DNA of 64,000 bases, taken from contig MU053561.1 in NCBI GenBank assembly GCA_013239625.1, forward strand, positions 1,469,520 through 1,533,519, in the 5' to 3' direction. Made by a program: the position numbers and the translations under genes. This document shows, piece after piece, positions 51,590-64,000 of this stretch (the first letter of the stretch is position 1; each line of letters starts with the position of its first letter). The notes under the pieces were generated by a model. It was given only the letters and a program-made list of their open reading frames with translations. It had not been told where the DNA came from and searched no databases. This DNA is from Lama guanicoe (Eukaryota).

Positions 51590-51800
51590 ATAGTAAGAAT
51601 ATTATTACATGCTTACTATGTGCTGGATACTGCTCTAAATAATTTTCATATATGAGCTCATTGCTAGCTTTGGACCAAAGAGAAATATTACTCTAAAGCA
51701 CAAACCAGCACTATCCTATTTTACAGGAGAGAAAACTAAAACAGAGTAACCTTTACTAACTTGCCCAAGCATTACACAACTGGTAAATGGCAACACATTC
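51590..51800 (-). mobile_element. MIR SINE
   Basis: 'tgcttactatgtgctggatactgctctaaat...tatcctattttacaggagagaaaact...aacttgcccaag'. Confidence 0.75.
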
Positions 51801-52526
51801 TGTTACTAATAGAAACCTATCTTTAAATCTATCTGTCTACATACCTTCCTACCTACCTATCTGTCTGTCTATCTACCTATCTGTCCCTAGTCCAACAGCT
51901 GAAGGGAGGTGTTCCGGACTGGATGATGCAAGGGAATCTGCAGATGACAATGCTACACTAATGCTGATAGACTCGTAACTCAGACAGAAGCATTTCTGCT
52001 TCATTTTTTATAATCACCCAGATGCTTGATGCAGCTGTGTTGCCATCACTGTGTTTATTTGTATCTTCCCCTTAGCCAGTAACTGTAGTTTGGAGGTGGA
52101 TATTTCTGGTTAGAGTGACAGTGCTCAGGGGTTACCCTTTTGCAAGAAACTCCTAGCATCACCTGTGAGCTGCCTCTGTACTTCAGAGCTCCAGGCACAG
52201 CCGAAGAGTACAAACACAACCAGCCTTGCCACCAAGCTCTCCAGAGGCAGCATCTGAGAAGTGTGATCCAGTAGTTGGCAAATCTCCCATGAGCATCCCA
52301 GCAGACTCTCCACCAATACATTGTGGCCCTCTGGCGAGTCAGATGACTGCCAGACTGGCTTGGAGTGGGGAGAGACAGATATTATTTACTCTTTCAAACT
52401 TTAAAAGGGGAAACTCTGATTCACAGGCAGTCAGGCTTTGGAAAGAGAGGACCAGTTGTGGTGGTTGATGTGTCCTGGTGTTCTGTAGTTATAAATTGTT
52501 CTATTCCTAGATTTGGGAATCTCCTT

Positions 52527-52530
52527 AAAC

Positions 52531-52573
<43 letters not shown>

Positions 52574-52642
52574 CAAACAACACACACACCCCCCCCAAAC
52601 AACACACACACACACCCCAAACAACACACACACACACACACA
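52527..52642. repeat. Compound (CA)n microsatellite with repeated cccc-aaacaa spacers
   Basis: Four aaacaa-(ca)n blocks read directly. Confidence 0.95.
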
Positions 52643-54659
52643 ACCTAGTCATGTGAATTTCCACCGACTCCAAAGTCCAAAACCTGGAAGAACAATTCAT
52701 ACAAGGTGGGCATTGAGCATGAAACCATGTTTGTCTTCCAGGAAAAAAAAAAAAGTTTTTTAGATGTTGCTTGCTGTAATTTCTTCAAAAGAAGAGCCAG
52801 CTTAGCCTGTGAATATTTTAATTCTTAAAGATTTTGACAATGAAGACAAGGAGAAGGAAGAGACAGAAAGAAAAATGTATTTTCATGGTATATAAAAGTG
52901 ATTGTATTACTTTCATAGTATTTAAACAAATTCAAGTTTAAGTTCTGTGATGATAATGCTCTTTTGTTTGCCTTATCCATCAAGCACTAAAGGAGGAGAG
53001 AGATAATTGGGACTCCAGAGATCTTTGTGGAACAGGAAAAAAGAAATTCCGATCTGGATACTGGAGTGGACTAAAGAGATTTTTAGACTCTATAAATCAT
53101 CAAAGAGAAAAAAGAGGATCATCCATCCTGAATGATTTAGACATTCATTAGCATCAGATTTTCTTTCCAAATATACCCGAAGGCTTAATTCTGCAATTCC
53201 ATGTCTCCTCTTGCCTGTTTCCTTGTCTGTTTCTTTCCATAAAGGAAACCTGCTTACCTTCTGGCCCTTTGTTCTCATCTCCCTATTGAAACTATTACTC
53301 TACAAAGCTGAATAATCCCACACTTAACTTCTACCAAAGTATTCCTCCCTTTATTTATGAAGCATAATTATCGCCTTAAAGTTTCTTCTGCCTGCATTTT
53401 CTGTGAGCTTTCCAGGAGAAAGAGGAAAGAAGCATTGGCTTTCTCTAACCATAGTATCCTGTGAATTCACCTCAATTTGAAACAAAGTGACCATAATAAC
53501 TGATTTTTTTCATCCTTAGCATTCATACCTCCGTTGAAAGAGGAGACCTTGTGTTAGTATATAACATAAAGCTTTAAGCTACTTGGTACACTCAGGAAGT
53601 GCAACTGATGATGATGGTGAAGATTCTTAAATAGCTTGTCAAAATCAGTAAAATCTAAGACCAGCATATCTTATCTCTTAACATTAGCATTTAACATCAC
53701 TTCCAAAAATTAAAAAAAAATTGCATTAAATGTCCTGTTTTCTGGAGTTAGAGAGCAAAGTTCCAATTAGTAGGATGTACTGTTTAAAAGAAGTTGCATT
53801 GTACAACACATGAATCACTGATTTTCAGGAGAATGTAACACAACCAAATACTCTTAATACCAAAACTGTACTAAAATTTTAAATTTCTATTACTTGGTAT
53901 GGCAGAGGTGATTTGGGATCTCACAATATCTCAAAGTCATTATTATGCATTTTACCGTCTTTCTGGCTAGAGCACCATCTTTTCAGTCAGAAGATGAGCG
54001 TTCAAGATAAGTTGGTCAACTAGCAGCATGACCAGTAAGCCATTCTCCTTCTGGGCCTTCATATCCTGAGCTGTAAAACGGGATGATGAGACTAGATGAC
54101 CCGTAGGGCCACACTAGCTCTAATAGTCTGTGCCTCTGTTATCACGTACTGGGAGAAGTGATTGTTTAACCTATTTCCAACCAATGGAATGCCATATTAC
54201 CTAAGTAACCCCAAAGATTGTAACATCTGTAACCTCTTAAAAAATAAGTCATTAGCAATAATAGTAGAAAAACATCTAGATACTTCAAGCCAAAATGCTT
54301 TGAAAAATGCTTTGAATTAAAGACTATGTCTGCATTGTATCCAGACTTCTATTTGGAAAAAAAAGTAAATTCTGGCCAATATCTAGTATTTACATGCACA
54401 GTTGAAAATTAGATTTACTAGAATCCAAGGAAAACTAGGTTGTTGAAGCATATTAATAAGAGATGCTATTATGATCATCCGTGGAGAAGTAGGTCAGTCT
54501 AGACACCGATTCAGACCAGTTATGATGTTTACCAAAAGACTGAAGCACGTCAGACCTGAAGAGGACCCTAGGGATCACCAAACTCAACCCTGACTTTAAC
54601 AGATTTTGGTGGCTGAAGTCTAGAAAGATGGAGCTTCCATTCACTTTATGTAATAAACA

Positions 54660-54832
54660 CATACATAGAAAACATTATTCTAGTTATTTACAAATTCTAA
54701 ATAATTCTTATAGCAACGCTATACACAGATACTGTTATCTCCATTTTACAGATGAGAAAACTGAGGTACAGAAAGGTTAAGCAACTTTCCCAAGGTCACA
54801 CAGTAAGTGGCAGAGCCAGGATTTGAATACAG
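54660..54832 (-). mobile_element. MIR SINE
   Basis: Well-preserved core 'ttatctccattttacagatgagaaaactgaggtacagaaaggttaagcaactttcccaaggtcacacag'. Confidence 0.9.
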
Positions 54833-54966
54833 TATTAGAGTTTGGCTTATGATGGTGGGTAATGCATTGCAGTAGGGAGAAAATAAAGAGTCTGCAGTAG
54901 CTTTCTAATATATTACAATGTTAAGAGGCTGTGAAAATGTCTTAAGGCCTCTGGTGGCTATGACCC

Positions 54967-56360
54967 TTTTTTATTGAGGTATGGTTGATTTGTAATATTA
55001 TATGAGTTTCAGGTGTACAACATAGTGATTCAAAAATTTTATAGATTATACTCCATTTAAAGTTATAAAATATTGGCTATATTCCCTGTACTATACAACA
55101 TATCCTTGTAGCTCATTTATTTTATACACAGTAGTTTGTACCTCTTAATCCTCTACCCCTATCTAACCCTCCCCGCCTTTCCTCTCCCCACTGGTAACCA
55201 CTAGTTTGTTCTCTGTATCTGTGAATCTGTTTCTGTTTTTATATATTCATTCATATGTTTATTTTTTAGAATCTACATATAGGTGATAACATACAGTATT
55301 TGTCTTTTTCTGTCTGACTTATTTCACTAAGAATAATACCCTGCAAGTTCACCCATACTGTTGTGAATGGCAAAAATTTTTTATTCTTTTTAATGACTGA
55401 GTAGTATTCCATTATACATATAAGTATACATATATATACATATATACTTATATGTATAATGGAATACTACTCAGTCATTATATATATATATTTATATATG
55501 TACATATATACCACATCTTCTTTATTCATTCATCTGATGATGAACATTTAGTTTGCTCCCATGTCATGGCTATTGTTAACAGTGCTGCTATGAACATCCA
55601 GGTGCATGTTTCTTTTTGAATTAGTGTCTTCACTTTCTTTGGCTGTATACCTAAGAGTGAAATTGCTAGACCATATATAGTTCTATTTTTAACTTTCTGA
55701 GGAAACTTCATACTGTTTTCTACATTGGCTGCACCAATTTACACTCCCACCACCAGTGTACAAGTGTTCTCTTTTCTCCGCAGCCTGGCCAATATTTGTT
55801 ATTTGTGGTCTTTTTAATGATAGCCATTCTGACAGGTTAAGGTGATATCTCATTTTGGTTTTGATTTACATTTCTCTCATGATTAGCTAAGTTGAGCTTC
55901 TTTTCATGTACCTGCTGGCCATCGGTATGTCTTCTTTGGAAAAATGTCAGTTCAGGTCTTTTGCCCATTTTTCAATCAGGTTATTTATTTACTTATTTAT
56001 ATACTCAAATATATATATATTTGGTATTGAGTTGTATGAGCTGTTTATAAATCTTGGACATTAACCCCATGTCTGTCATATTATTTGCAGATATATTCTA
56101 CCATTCAGTAGGCTGTATTTTCATTTTGTCAGTGATTTCCTTGGCTCTGCAAAAGTTTTTAAGTTTAATTAGGTTCTATTTATTTGTTTTTGTTTTTGTT
56201 TTGTTTGCCTTACGAGACAGATCCAAGAAAAAGATTGCTATGATTTATGTCAAAGAGTGTTCTGCCTATGTTTTCTTCTAGGAATTCTGTGGTTTCTGGT
56301 CTTAAATTTAAGTCTTTAGTCCATTTTAAGTTTACTTTTGTATATGGTGTAAGAAAATGT
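54967..56360 (-). mobile_element. 5'-truncated L1 (ORF2 C-terminus plus 3' UTR)
   Basis: Minus ORFs WMFIAALLTIAMTWEQTKCSS (55526-55711) and [21 protein letters not shown] (56210-56395); poly-T at left end. Confidence 0.93.
55391..55480. repeat. Perfect inverted repeat, 38-bp arms, 14-bp spacer
   Basis: 55391-55428 is the exact reverse complement of 55443-55480. Confidence 0.97.
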
Positions 56361-57382
56361 GATAAGACTTTTGCTGGGAAGTTAACAACAGACATTGGCT
56401 GATTGAATGTATGCAGTGACTGTTGTTAACCAAAAGACAGACTAGGGAAATTAAATGGGTACTTCCATGTTAGAAACATTGTGTATTGATAAAGAGATTA
56501 ATTGCAATGACACAAAATATAATTTTTAAAAATAAGAAAAAATGAGACAGTAAGAGTGGTTCTAGCAGGGTCAGAAAGAGCAAGATAGATACTAATTATT
56601 TCTTAAAATCCCAGACTTGGTCTGTACAAGATACAGCACAGAAAATAAGAGCAAAAGTGTATACATTTACATTGGAAAGGGCACTCGTGACAAAAGGGCA
56701 CAGAGTACCTTGCAGCTCTGCCCCTTATAAGGGTGAGTCCTTATACAAGCCCTGAGCCCTCAGACCTCTGTTTTCACAGCTATGTACTCTGAGGACAGTG
56801 TTATTTACATTACTTCCATGAGAAGCAGTCTAAAGTTTTAGTTTTCTTCTATAAATTGGATCACAAGTAATTTATAAAATGTCTAGCACGTTGATATTTA
56901 TTTGACCAATGAAAGTTTTATACAAGTATGAGATGGTTATTACAATAACAGTATTGACTTTTTCTCAAATAAAATTAACACACACTCCTTTTCTGTTTTG
57001 GATGTCACTATGGCAATAATCCTAATTGTATCACATTTTGTGAAAGGATCCCCTCAGATCTCCCACCCTCAAACACACCTTCACAAAGCCATTCTTTTCT
57101 TTCCCCAGCACTGATAAAGCCATTTGAATACTGAACTGTTAACTTCGAGAGAGTCACATACTTTCGTGACTGCGTTATTGAAAGTAATTGTCCAGAGAGC
57201 CTGAGTTTGCTGGCATACTAATTTATTCTCATAGCATATATGTATGATGTTTTACAATGTAAAAGAAAAGAAAATTTAAATGTATGATTCTATTTTAATA
57301 GTACAAGAATTACATAAAACAGGTATAATCTGCTCTATTTTACCTTTGAGGGATGTGATGTCAAGAGAAAGTGATTTGTCCA

Positions 57383-58960
57383 GACTTCTTATCAGTCAGC
57401 CAGACTGAGATGATTTGAAAAATCTCTCCCACATCAAATGCATCAAATCCACCCCCCAAATACAGCAGGGACAGTTGAATATAGAGCCAAAATCAAGAAA
57501 TGAAAATCTCCAGGTGCCAGAAAGGATGAGAGAATTTCTTGATTTTCTCAAATTAAAGAAGTGGTACAAATGCTGAGGGACCCAGAGGGAAATTCACTGA
57601 GAAATGCACAGAGGAATTCAGGAGTCTGGCCCAGGGAGAGAGTGAGCAGCAGGGATGTTTTTAGAATCCACTTGGAACTATAGGTAGAAAATACATGAGA
57701 ACTGGAAACCCAGGCTTATACAGTATGTGGGTATGAGGTTCATGAAACCATATGGCTAAAGTTACCTCAAAATGAGAAGTTAACTTGAAAACTGGAGTGA
57801 ATCCAGGGAAGTCATGGAGAATAGTATATAGGGGCATTCCCACATCCCCAGACACACTAAACTCCAACAGAAAGCATTTTGTGCTGAAAATGATGTTAAA
57901 GTACAAGAATGGTAAATCTTATGATTAAATTAGCATTCAGGAGAGACAGCAGACACTTACAAGAGACAGCACACCACAAACTAGAGATAATACAACAATC
58001 TGAATAAAGCTATGTCTAAAATGGTCACACGGGTATAACAATGAATTCAACTTAAAGGAGAAACAATATTTTGAAAAGAAAGAAAAAATAAATTTGAGAA
58101 ATAAGTGATTAGAATTCTGTAGATGGAAAATATAGTCATTGATGTGAAAAGCTGAATCTGTGGCTTAATTAACAACTAGATACAGCTTAAGATAAAATTA
58201 GTGAATTAGAGCACACATCCAAGGGCATCACACAGAAAATCAGCAAGGAAAGAATAATGGGGTAGAAAATATAAAAGAGAAATAAAGAGACAAAAAAGAA
58301 AGAATTGAAATTTTGTTTATTCAAGTTCCAGAAGGAAACAAGAGAAAGAAGAAAAAGAAAATTTTGAAAGACAATGGATATGATTTTTCAGACTTGAAAA
58401 AAGATGTGATTCCACACATTGAAGAAGCACACCGAGTTTTGAGCAGGATATATAAAGATAAATTCACACCTAGTTAGGTGTAGAGCATTAAAACCCTCAA
58501 AATCTATCAGAGAGAAACTACAGGTTACTTACAAAGGAATGGCAGTAGAATGACAGAATAATTCTGAACAATGGCAGCAGATGCAAGTTTAAAGTAGAAT
58601 AAGTATCTTAAAGGGGCTGAGGAAGAGTAAATCCACCAAGAATTCTATAAGCAGTTAAAACATCCTCAAAGAATGAGCATAAAAATGACATTTTCAGACA
58701 AAAAAGACTACTGTTACTACTCCCAGATCCATGCTAAGAAGAGATTTATAAAAGATACAGTTTAGCAAAATGAAAATTTAATATGGAAGGAAAGAATAGA
58801 AAAAACCAAGATGTACAGGTAAGCAAAGAGATTGGTAAACATGCTGTTAAATCTAAATATTTGGTATCTGTTTAAAAAGTGGTAACGACCAATGGGAATT
58901 AGGTTTAAATCAATTTGGAACTAAAATTTTAGGCAATAATAACATGAAAGCGTCAAACTA
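57383..58960 (+). mobile_element. Old L1/HAL1-like 5' region with decayed ORF1
   Basis: ORF1-like peptides QVPEG and FSDLKKDVIPHIEEAHRVLSRIYKDKFTP (~58320-58470). Confidence 0.7.
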
Positions 58961-59784
58961 AAGATATTGGTTAACTTTAATTATGCATGTGAAAAACATA
59001 AAGGCATGAATGTACCAAGATATATGTACCCACTCTACTGTTGCTAGACATTTAAGTTGTTTCCAGTTGGGGTTATGAATATTGCTATCAACATTCTTTT
59101 GCATCTCTTTGGATGCACGTATGACACTATATGGAAATGAATGAAATACAGCCTTTCATAACAACAAAGATTAAACTCACAAGAAAGCATATATACCCTA
59201 TTATCTCATTTTTTTAAGTGCTAAAACTAACAAAACTAGTTTATTGGTTTATTGGAAGTCACAAGTGGTTACCTTTGAGGAGGAGGGAAGGGGTAGTGCC
59301 TGGTAGGGACACCGGGGGTCTCCTGGAGTATGAGGAATTTTCTATTTCTTGATGATTGTTACCTGACTATTACATGGCTTTACTCATTTTATGATAATTC
59401 ATGTAGTTGTATAATTATTACATATACATTTTTCTGTATGTGTATTATAGTTCAATAAAAAGTAGTTTATTAATGCAAGGTTACCACCACAATAATATAA
59501 ATAAATGATAAAATTTTAAACTCAGTAAAGTAGGAAAAGGAATAATAAATGTGATTGAAGAACAGAAGACAGAAAAGAAGAAATAAAAATAAATAGAAAA
59601 AAGACAAAATACTATGGCAGAAATACTAGTGGATCAAGAATCACAAGAAATGTGAGTGGAATTGCATAGCTACTAAAAGACAAAAATTATGAAATTGGTT
59701 TTTTTAAGTAGCTAAATATTATTTATGAGAAACACAGTTAAGATGGACAGAATGGTTCAGAATGAAAGATGCTAATAAAATTTA

Positions 59785-60288
59785 TTTGTTTTCTATTGCT
59801 GCTTTAACAAATTACCACAAACTTAGTGGCTGAGAGGAAAATGAATTTATTATCTAACAGTTCTGCAAGGTTAAAAATCCAACGTGGGTCTTCGCTAAAA
59901 TCAAGGTGTAGGCAGGGTTGTGTTCCTTTCTGGAGGCTCCTTGCCTTTTCCATCTTCTAGAGGCTGCCCACATTCCTTGGATCGTGACCCTCCCTCCCCG
60001 TCCTCAAAGACAGCAACACTGGTTGGGTCTGCCTCTTATCGCATCATTCTGACTTTTCTCCTGTCATTAAGTCTCTCTCTGACTCTCTCCTGGGCCTCCC
60101 ACTTTGACTTGTAAGCATCGTTGCGATTACATTACACAAGATAATCTCCCTGTCGTAAGGTCATCTAACTAGCAGCCTCAGTTCCATCTGCTGCCTTAAT
60201 TTCTCTTTGCCTTGTAATACAACGTGTTCACAGGTTCCAGGGATTAGGACAGGGACATCTTTGGGAGATGCGTATTCTTCATACCACA
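59785..60288 (-). mobile_element. MaLR solo LTR (MLT1C/D-like)
   Basis: 'ttctattgctgctttaacaaattaccacaaacttagtggc...ttcacaggttccagggattaggacagggacatctttgg...ataccaca'. Confidence 0.88.
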
Positions 60289-61489
60289 GATATAGTTGGC
60301 AAATAGTCACCAAAGAAACCTGGTATGGTGATGGTTATAATAATATTTAAGTCAAAATAGTAGGGAAAAGGGAGAAACTGCATAATGATAAAATGTACAA
60401 AGAAAATATACAATGTGATTGGTCCACTAGAAGTCCCAAGACTTGGACCCAAATTTTGTGTCTGCTGGTCCAGTGTTTCTATGAACAAAATTCTCTAAAG
60501 AACATAGACTAATAGAAGGTTGTACGTAAAGCCCACTGTGTGAGTGCTGGTAAATTTCTTGCCCCAAATGAAAATAATAATTACGACCTCGACCACAGGG
60601 CTGTTGTAAAAAATACCTTAGGGTTGAGGCACACTGCAGCTATAGCTATCATGTAAATGTTAAATAAAAATAATATTTCCTGTATTCTTACTAGGGTTGG
60701 GCAAATCCAGATGTATATTGTACTTTTCACATATTTCAAAATATTTTCAAATGTTTTGGTTTTGGTTCAATAAAAACCTCAAGTACATTTTGCCAAGTGC
60801 TTTTTCCATTAATTATTCAATCCATTTGTATTTCAAGGGAAATTCAGTCCACATGTTTCTAATTCATTTAGCACTAACTCATCAAAATATTGTTTCAGTG
60901 CTATTTTCTGTCCAAAAGGCTTTTCAAGCCCTCCCCCCCTTTTTTTTATTTCTTAGAAACAAGAAGATACAGTTTTCCAAAGGCATGGCCTAATAAACTA
61001 CCAAAAGGTTTACTAAACTGCAGCTAGAATTCGAGTTTGAAAATCTGTCAGTCTGCGCTGGCCCCGTCACCTCTCTCAGCTTCTCCCTGATTTCGTTGCC
61101 TTTTTCTTTCTTTTGATCAGTTTCTTCTTTGTTCCCATTGACCCTCTACAGATTTCAGGTTTTCTATCACCAAGGTTCATAGGCCTGCAGACACCTTAAT
61201 CCTCTTGCTGAACCCCTCCCTTTTAATGAAAACCTTCCAAGACTGGGGCCAATGAAATAGTGGATTCATACTCCCTTCCAAAATATCCTCATGGGGGCTG
61301 TGGCAAACCTTAAAAATAGATACATTTTAAAAAATCTGATCTTTTTAAGTGTGTACTTTGTGTGTGTGTGATACCTTATGTGCGATTAATGTTGTCTTAA
61401 CTCAATAATGCCTAAAGGGTGAGAAACTTGATAGTATATTCTTTGTGAGTTGTCCAAAAACAGCAAGAACTGTGCTTAAGAGTGAGTTC

Positions 61490-61870
61490 CCACATCATTT
61501 GTGGGGATCCTTCTTACCAAAAAGGTTTACCTTGAATCTGATCACAAGGAGATTGTGGAGCATTCTACAAGACAACTTGTCTGTACTCTTAAAATGTGAA
61601 TGTCATGAAAGACAAATAAAAGCTATCAGGAAACTCTTCTAGTTAAAGGAAATTAAAGAGATAACTACATGCAGTAAGTTATAGCTGACTGGATTCTGGA
61701 GTTTAGGAAGATATCAATAGGGACATTTTGAGAGAATTGGCAGAAACTTGAATGTATTACATTTCTTGGGTGTGATAATGACATTGTGGTAATACAGAAG
61801 TGTTCATATTCATATATACATATATATGAAGAGAGAGTAAATATAGCAAAATGTTATACTTGGTAAATCT
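61490..61870 (+). mobile_element. L1MC-like 3' UTR fragment
   Basis: 'ggagcattctacaagacaacttgtctgtactctt...tgtcatgaaagac...aaaatgttatacttggtaaatct'. Confidence 0.6.
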
Positions 61871-62030
61871 ACATACACCTACCCACACATACACACCCAC
61901 AACTATACATATGCACACCCACATACACATATTCATACTTACTCAGGTACTCACAAACAGAGGAAATGTGTAAGAGACTCCTCTGCAGATTTTTACAAAC
62001 CTATCTTAAACGAGAAATCAGTCTTCCCCC

Positions 62031-63111
62031 TTTTTTTAATTGAAGTACAGTTGATTACAATATTGTATCAGTTCCAAGTATATAGCAGAGTGATTCAGTT
62101 ATGTATATTTTCAGATTCTTTTCCACTTTGGTTATTGTAAGAGATTGACTGTAGTTCCTTCTGCTACACAATAAGTCACTATTGTTTATTTTATATATAG
62201 TAATGTATCTCTTAATCCCTTACTCCTAATTTATCCCTCCCCTGCTTTCCCCTTTGGTAACCAAAAGTTTATTTTTTGTATCTGTAGGTCTGTTTCTGTT
62301 TAGTACATAAATTCATTTGTATTATTTTTTGGATTCCACATATAAGTAATATAATATTTATCTTTCACTGACTTACTTCACTGAGTATTATATTCTCTAG
62401 GTCCATCCATATTGCTGCAAATGGTATTATTTCATTTTTATATAGCTGAGTTATATTCCATTGTATACATATACCACATCTTCTTTATCCATTCGAACAC
62501 TTAAGTTGCTTCCATATATTGGGTATTGTAAATAGTACTGCTGTGAACATTGGAATGTATGTATCTTTTCGAATTTGAGTTCCCTCTGGACAAATGCCTA
62601 GGAGTGGGATTGCTAGATCACATGGTAGCTCTATTTTTTGTTTTGTAAGAAAGTTCCATGCTGTTTTCCATAATGGCTGCATCAATTTCTCCACCAACAG
62701 TGTAGAAGGGTTCCCTTTTCTCCATACCCTCTGCAGCATTTATTACTTGCAGACTTTTTGATGATAACCCTTCTGACTGGTGTGATGTGATATTTTGCTG
62801 TAGTTTTGACTTGCATTTATCTAATAATTAGGAATGTTGAGCATCTTTTCATGTGCCTGTTGGTTATCTTTATGTCTTCTTTGGAGAAATGTCTGTTTAG
62901 GTCTTCTGCCTGTTTTTTGATTGGGTTTTTTTTTATATATTGAGTTGTATGAGCTGTTTGTATATTTTGGAAATTAACTCCTTGTCAGTCACATCATTTG
63001 AAAATATTTTCTCCCAATCTGTAGGTTGTCTTTTCATTTTGTTCATTGTTTCCTTTGCTGTGCAAAAGCTTTTATATTTCATTAGGTCCCATTTTTTAAT
63101 TTTTTTGTTTG
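62031..63111 (-). mobile_element. 5'-truncated L1 (ORF2 C-terminus plus 3' UTR)
   Basis: Minus [32 protein letters not shown] (62485-62739); poly-T at left end. Confidence 0.93.
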
Positions 63112-63249
63112 CCCTTTTTTAAATATAAACATTTAGATCTTTGAGTTTGTTTCACCACATTATGCCAAGTTTAATATGTATAAATGTTAGTTATTGATAA
63201 TAATGTTGCAAATGCATATTGCTATATGCATGGATAGGCACTGTAAAAC

Positions 63250-63390
63250 AGGAATTCTCAATGGAGTGATGGGCTTTCAAAAGACTAAGGGCCACCTGAA
63301 AGCATGTGTAGATACATTTTTTCATGGTAGAGTATACATAATTTTTGTCAGATGTACAAAGGAAGCTTTAAGAGATTTTTTAACTGCTTG
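63250..63390. mobile_element. MER103-like hAT DNA transposon relic
   Basis: 'caggaattctcaa...gatgggctttc...cacctgaaa...cattttttcatggtagagtatacataatttttgtcagatgtacaaagg'. Confidence 0.45.
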
Positions 63391-63566
63391 AAGAAGTATC
63401 TAATTGAGTATTTTTGTTCATTAAGAGAAACCTTAGACAAACCTCTGATTTGTCATTGCTAATGCTGTGGCATTTTTATACCAAGAAATTCACAGTAGCT
63501 AGTGGAAGTCCTTCAGTAAAATTGAAGTCTTTTCACCAGCTACACACATTAGGTGTCAACATGCAT

Positions 63567-63659
63567 AGAGACTGCTCTTTGAGAAGCTCAACACAGTGGT
63601 AAGATTTTTAAACAGAGACTGCTCTTTGAGAAACTCAAGACGTGGTAAGATTTTTAAAC
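63567..63659. repeat. Tandem duplication, 47 + 46 bp
   Basis: agagactgctctttgagaa(g/a)ctcaa(caca/gac)gtggtaagatttttaaac at 63567-63613 and 63614-63659. Confidence 0.95.
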
Positions 63660-64000
63660 AATCACTTCACATACCAGGAAAAGGAAAGATAGTGGAAAGC
63701 GAGGTGGCCAAGCAGTGGCTGGGCTTGTACATTTTAAAGATTGCAGCATGCAGCCCCCCAGAGTATGAAAGGAGAACTGACTGTGCCTCCTAATTAGAAT
63801 TAACCTCAGCAATGTGACTTTTGTTTTGGAAGGGGATTTGGGACATCACTGGTTTATGGGACATAATTGTACACCAGGTGGTCCTAGTTAGGTGAGAGAT
63901 TTTATGTAAAAATAATCCTTCTTTGGCTTTATTCAACACAATAAAACCACTAAGACGTTTTCCCATATGAAGTATTTCTACAGGCACATTCAAAATGTTA

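Noticed and set aside
52365..52763. ORFs with HT/CV dipeptide runs (also at 27587-27893)
   Set aside because: They are translations of (CA)n microsatellites.
57110..57183. Plus-strand exon candidate after ttcttttctttccccAG
   Set aside because: Stops in all frames, weak donor (AAA|GTAATT) and no supporting neighbours.
62028..63122. Possible TSD ccctttttt around the last L1
   Set aside because: Low complexity and merged with the poly-T tail, so it cannot be distinguished from chance.

Overview
This is eutherian mammal nuclear DNA, not microbial. It is AT-rich, CpG-depleted and dense in interspersed repeats: L1 of several ages, L2, MIR, MaLR/ERVL LTRs and internal pol fossils, a MER21-like LTR, DNA-transposon relics, a CR1-like RT fossil and an AmnSINE1-like element. 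The young L1 3' ends resemble camelid L1s as I recall them, and I see no Alu, B1/B2, Bov-A/tA, PRE-1 or Can-SINE, so a camelid source is my inference. No protein-coding gene is supported: the listed ORFs are chance ORFs or decayed retroelement frames. The best non-repeat signal is a compact minus-strand unit at 30.7-31.15 kb (TATA-like box, donor, 133-bp intron, 125-bp exon, donor), suggesting the 5' end of a leftward transcript, with a hydrophobic small ORF on the opposite strand. Other notable items are a tailless U6 retrocopy with a 13-bp TSD, a perfect 38-bp-arm hairpin inside an L1, a 27-bp templated inverted insertion and nested L1 insertions with TSDs. Repeat family names come from recalled consensus sequences, not database searches, and most repeat boundaries are approximate. 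I found no convincing new biological system.
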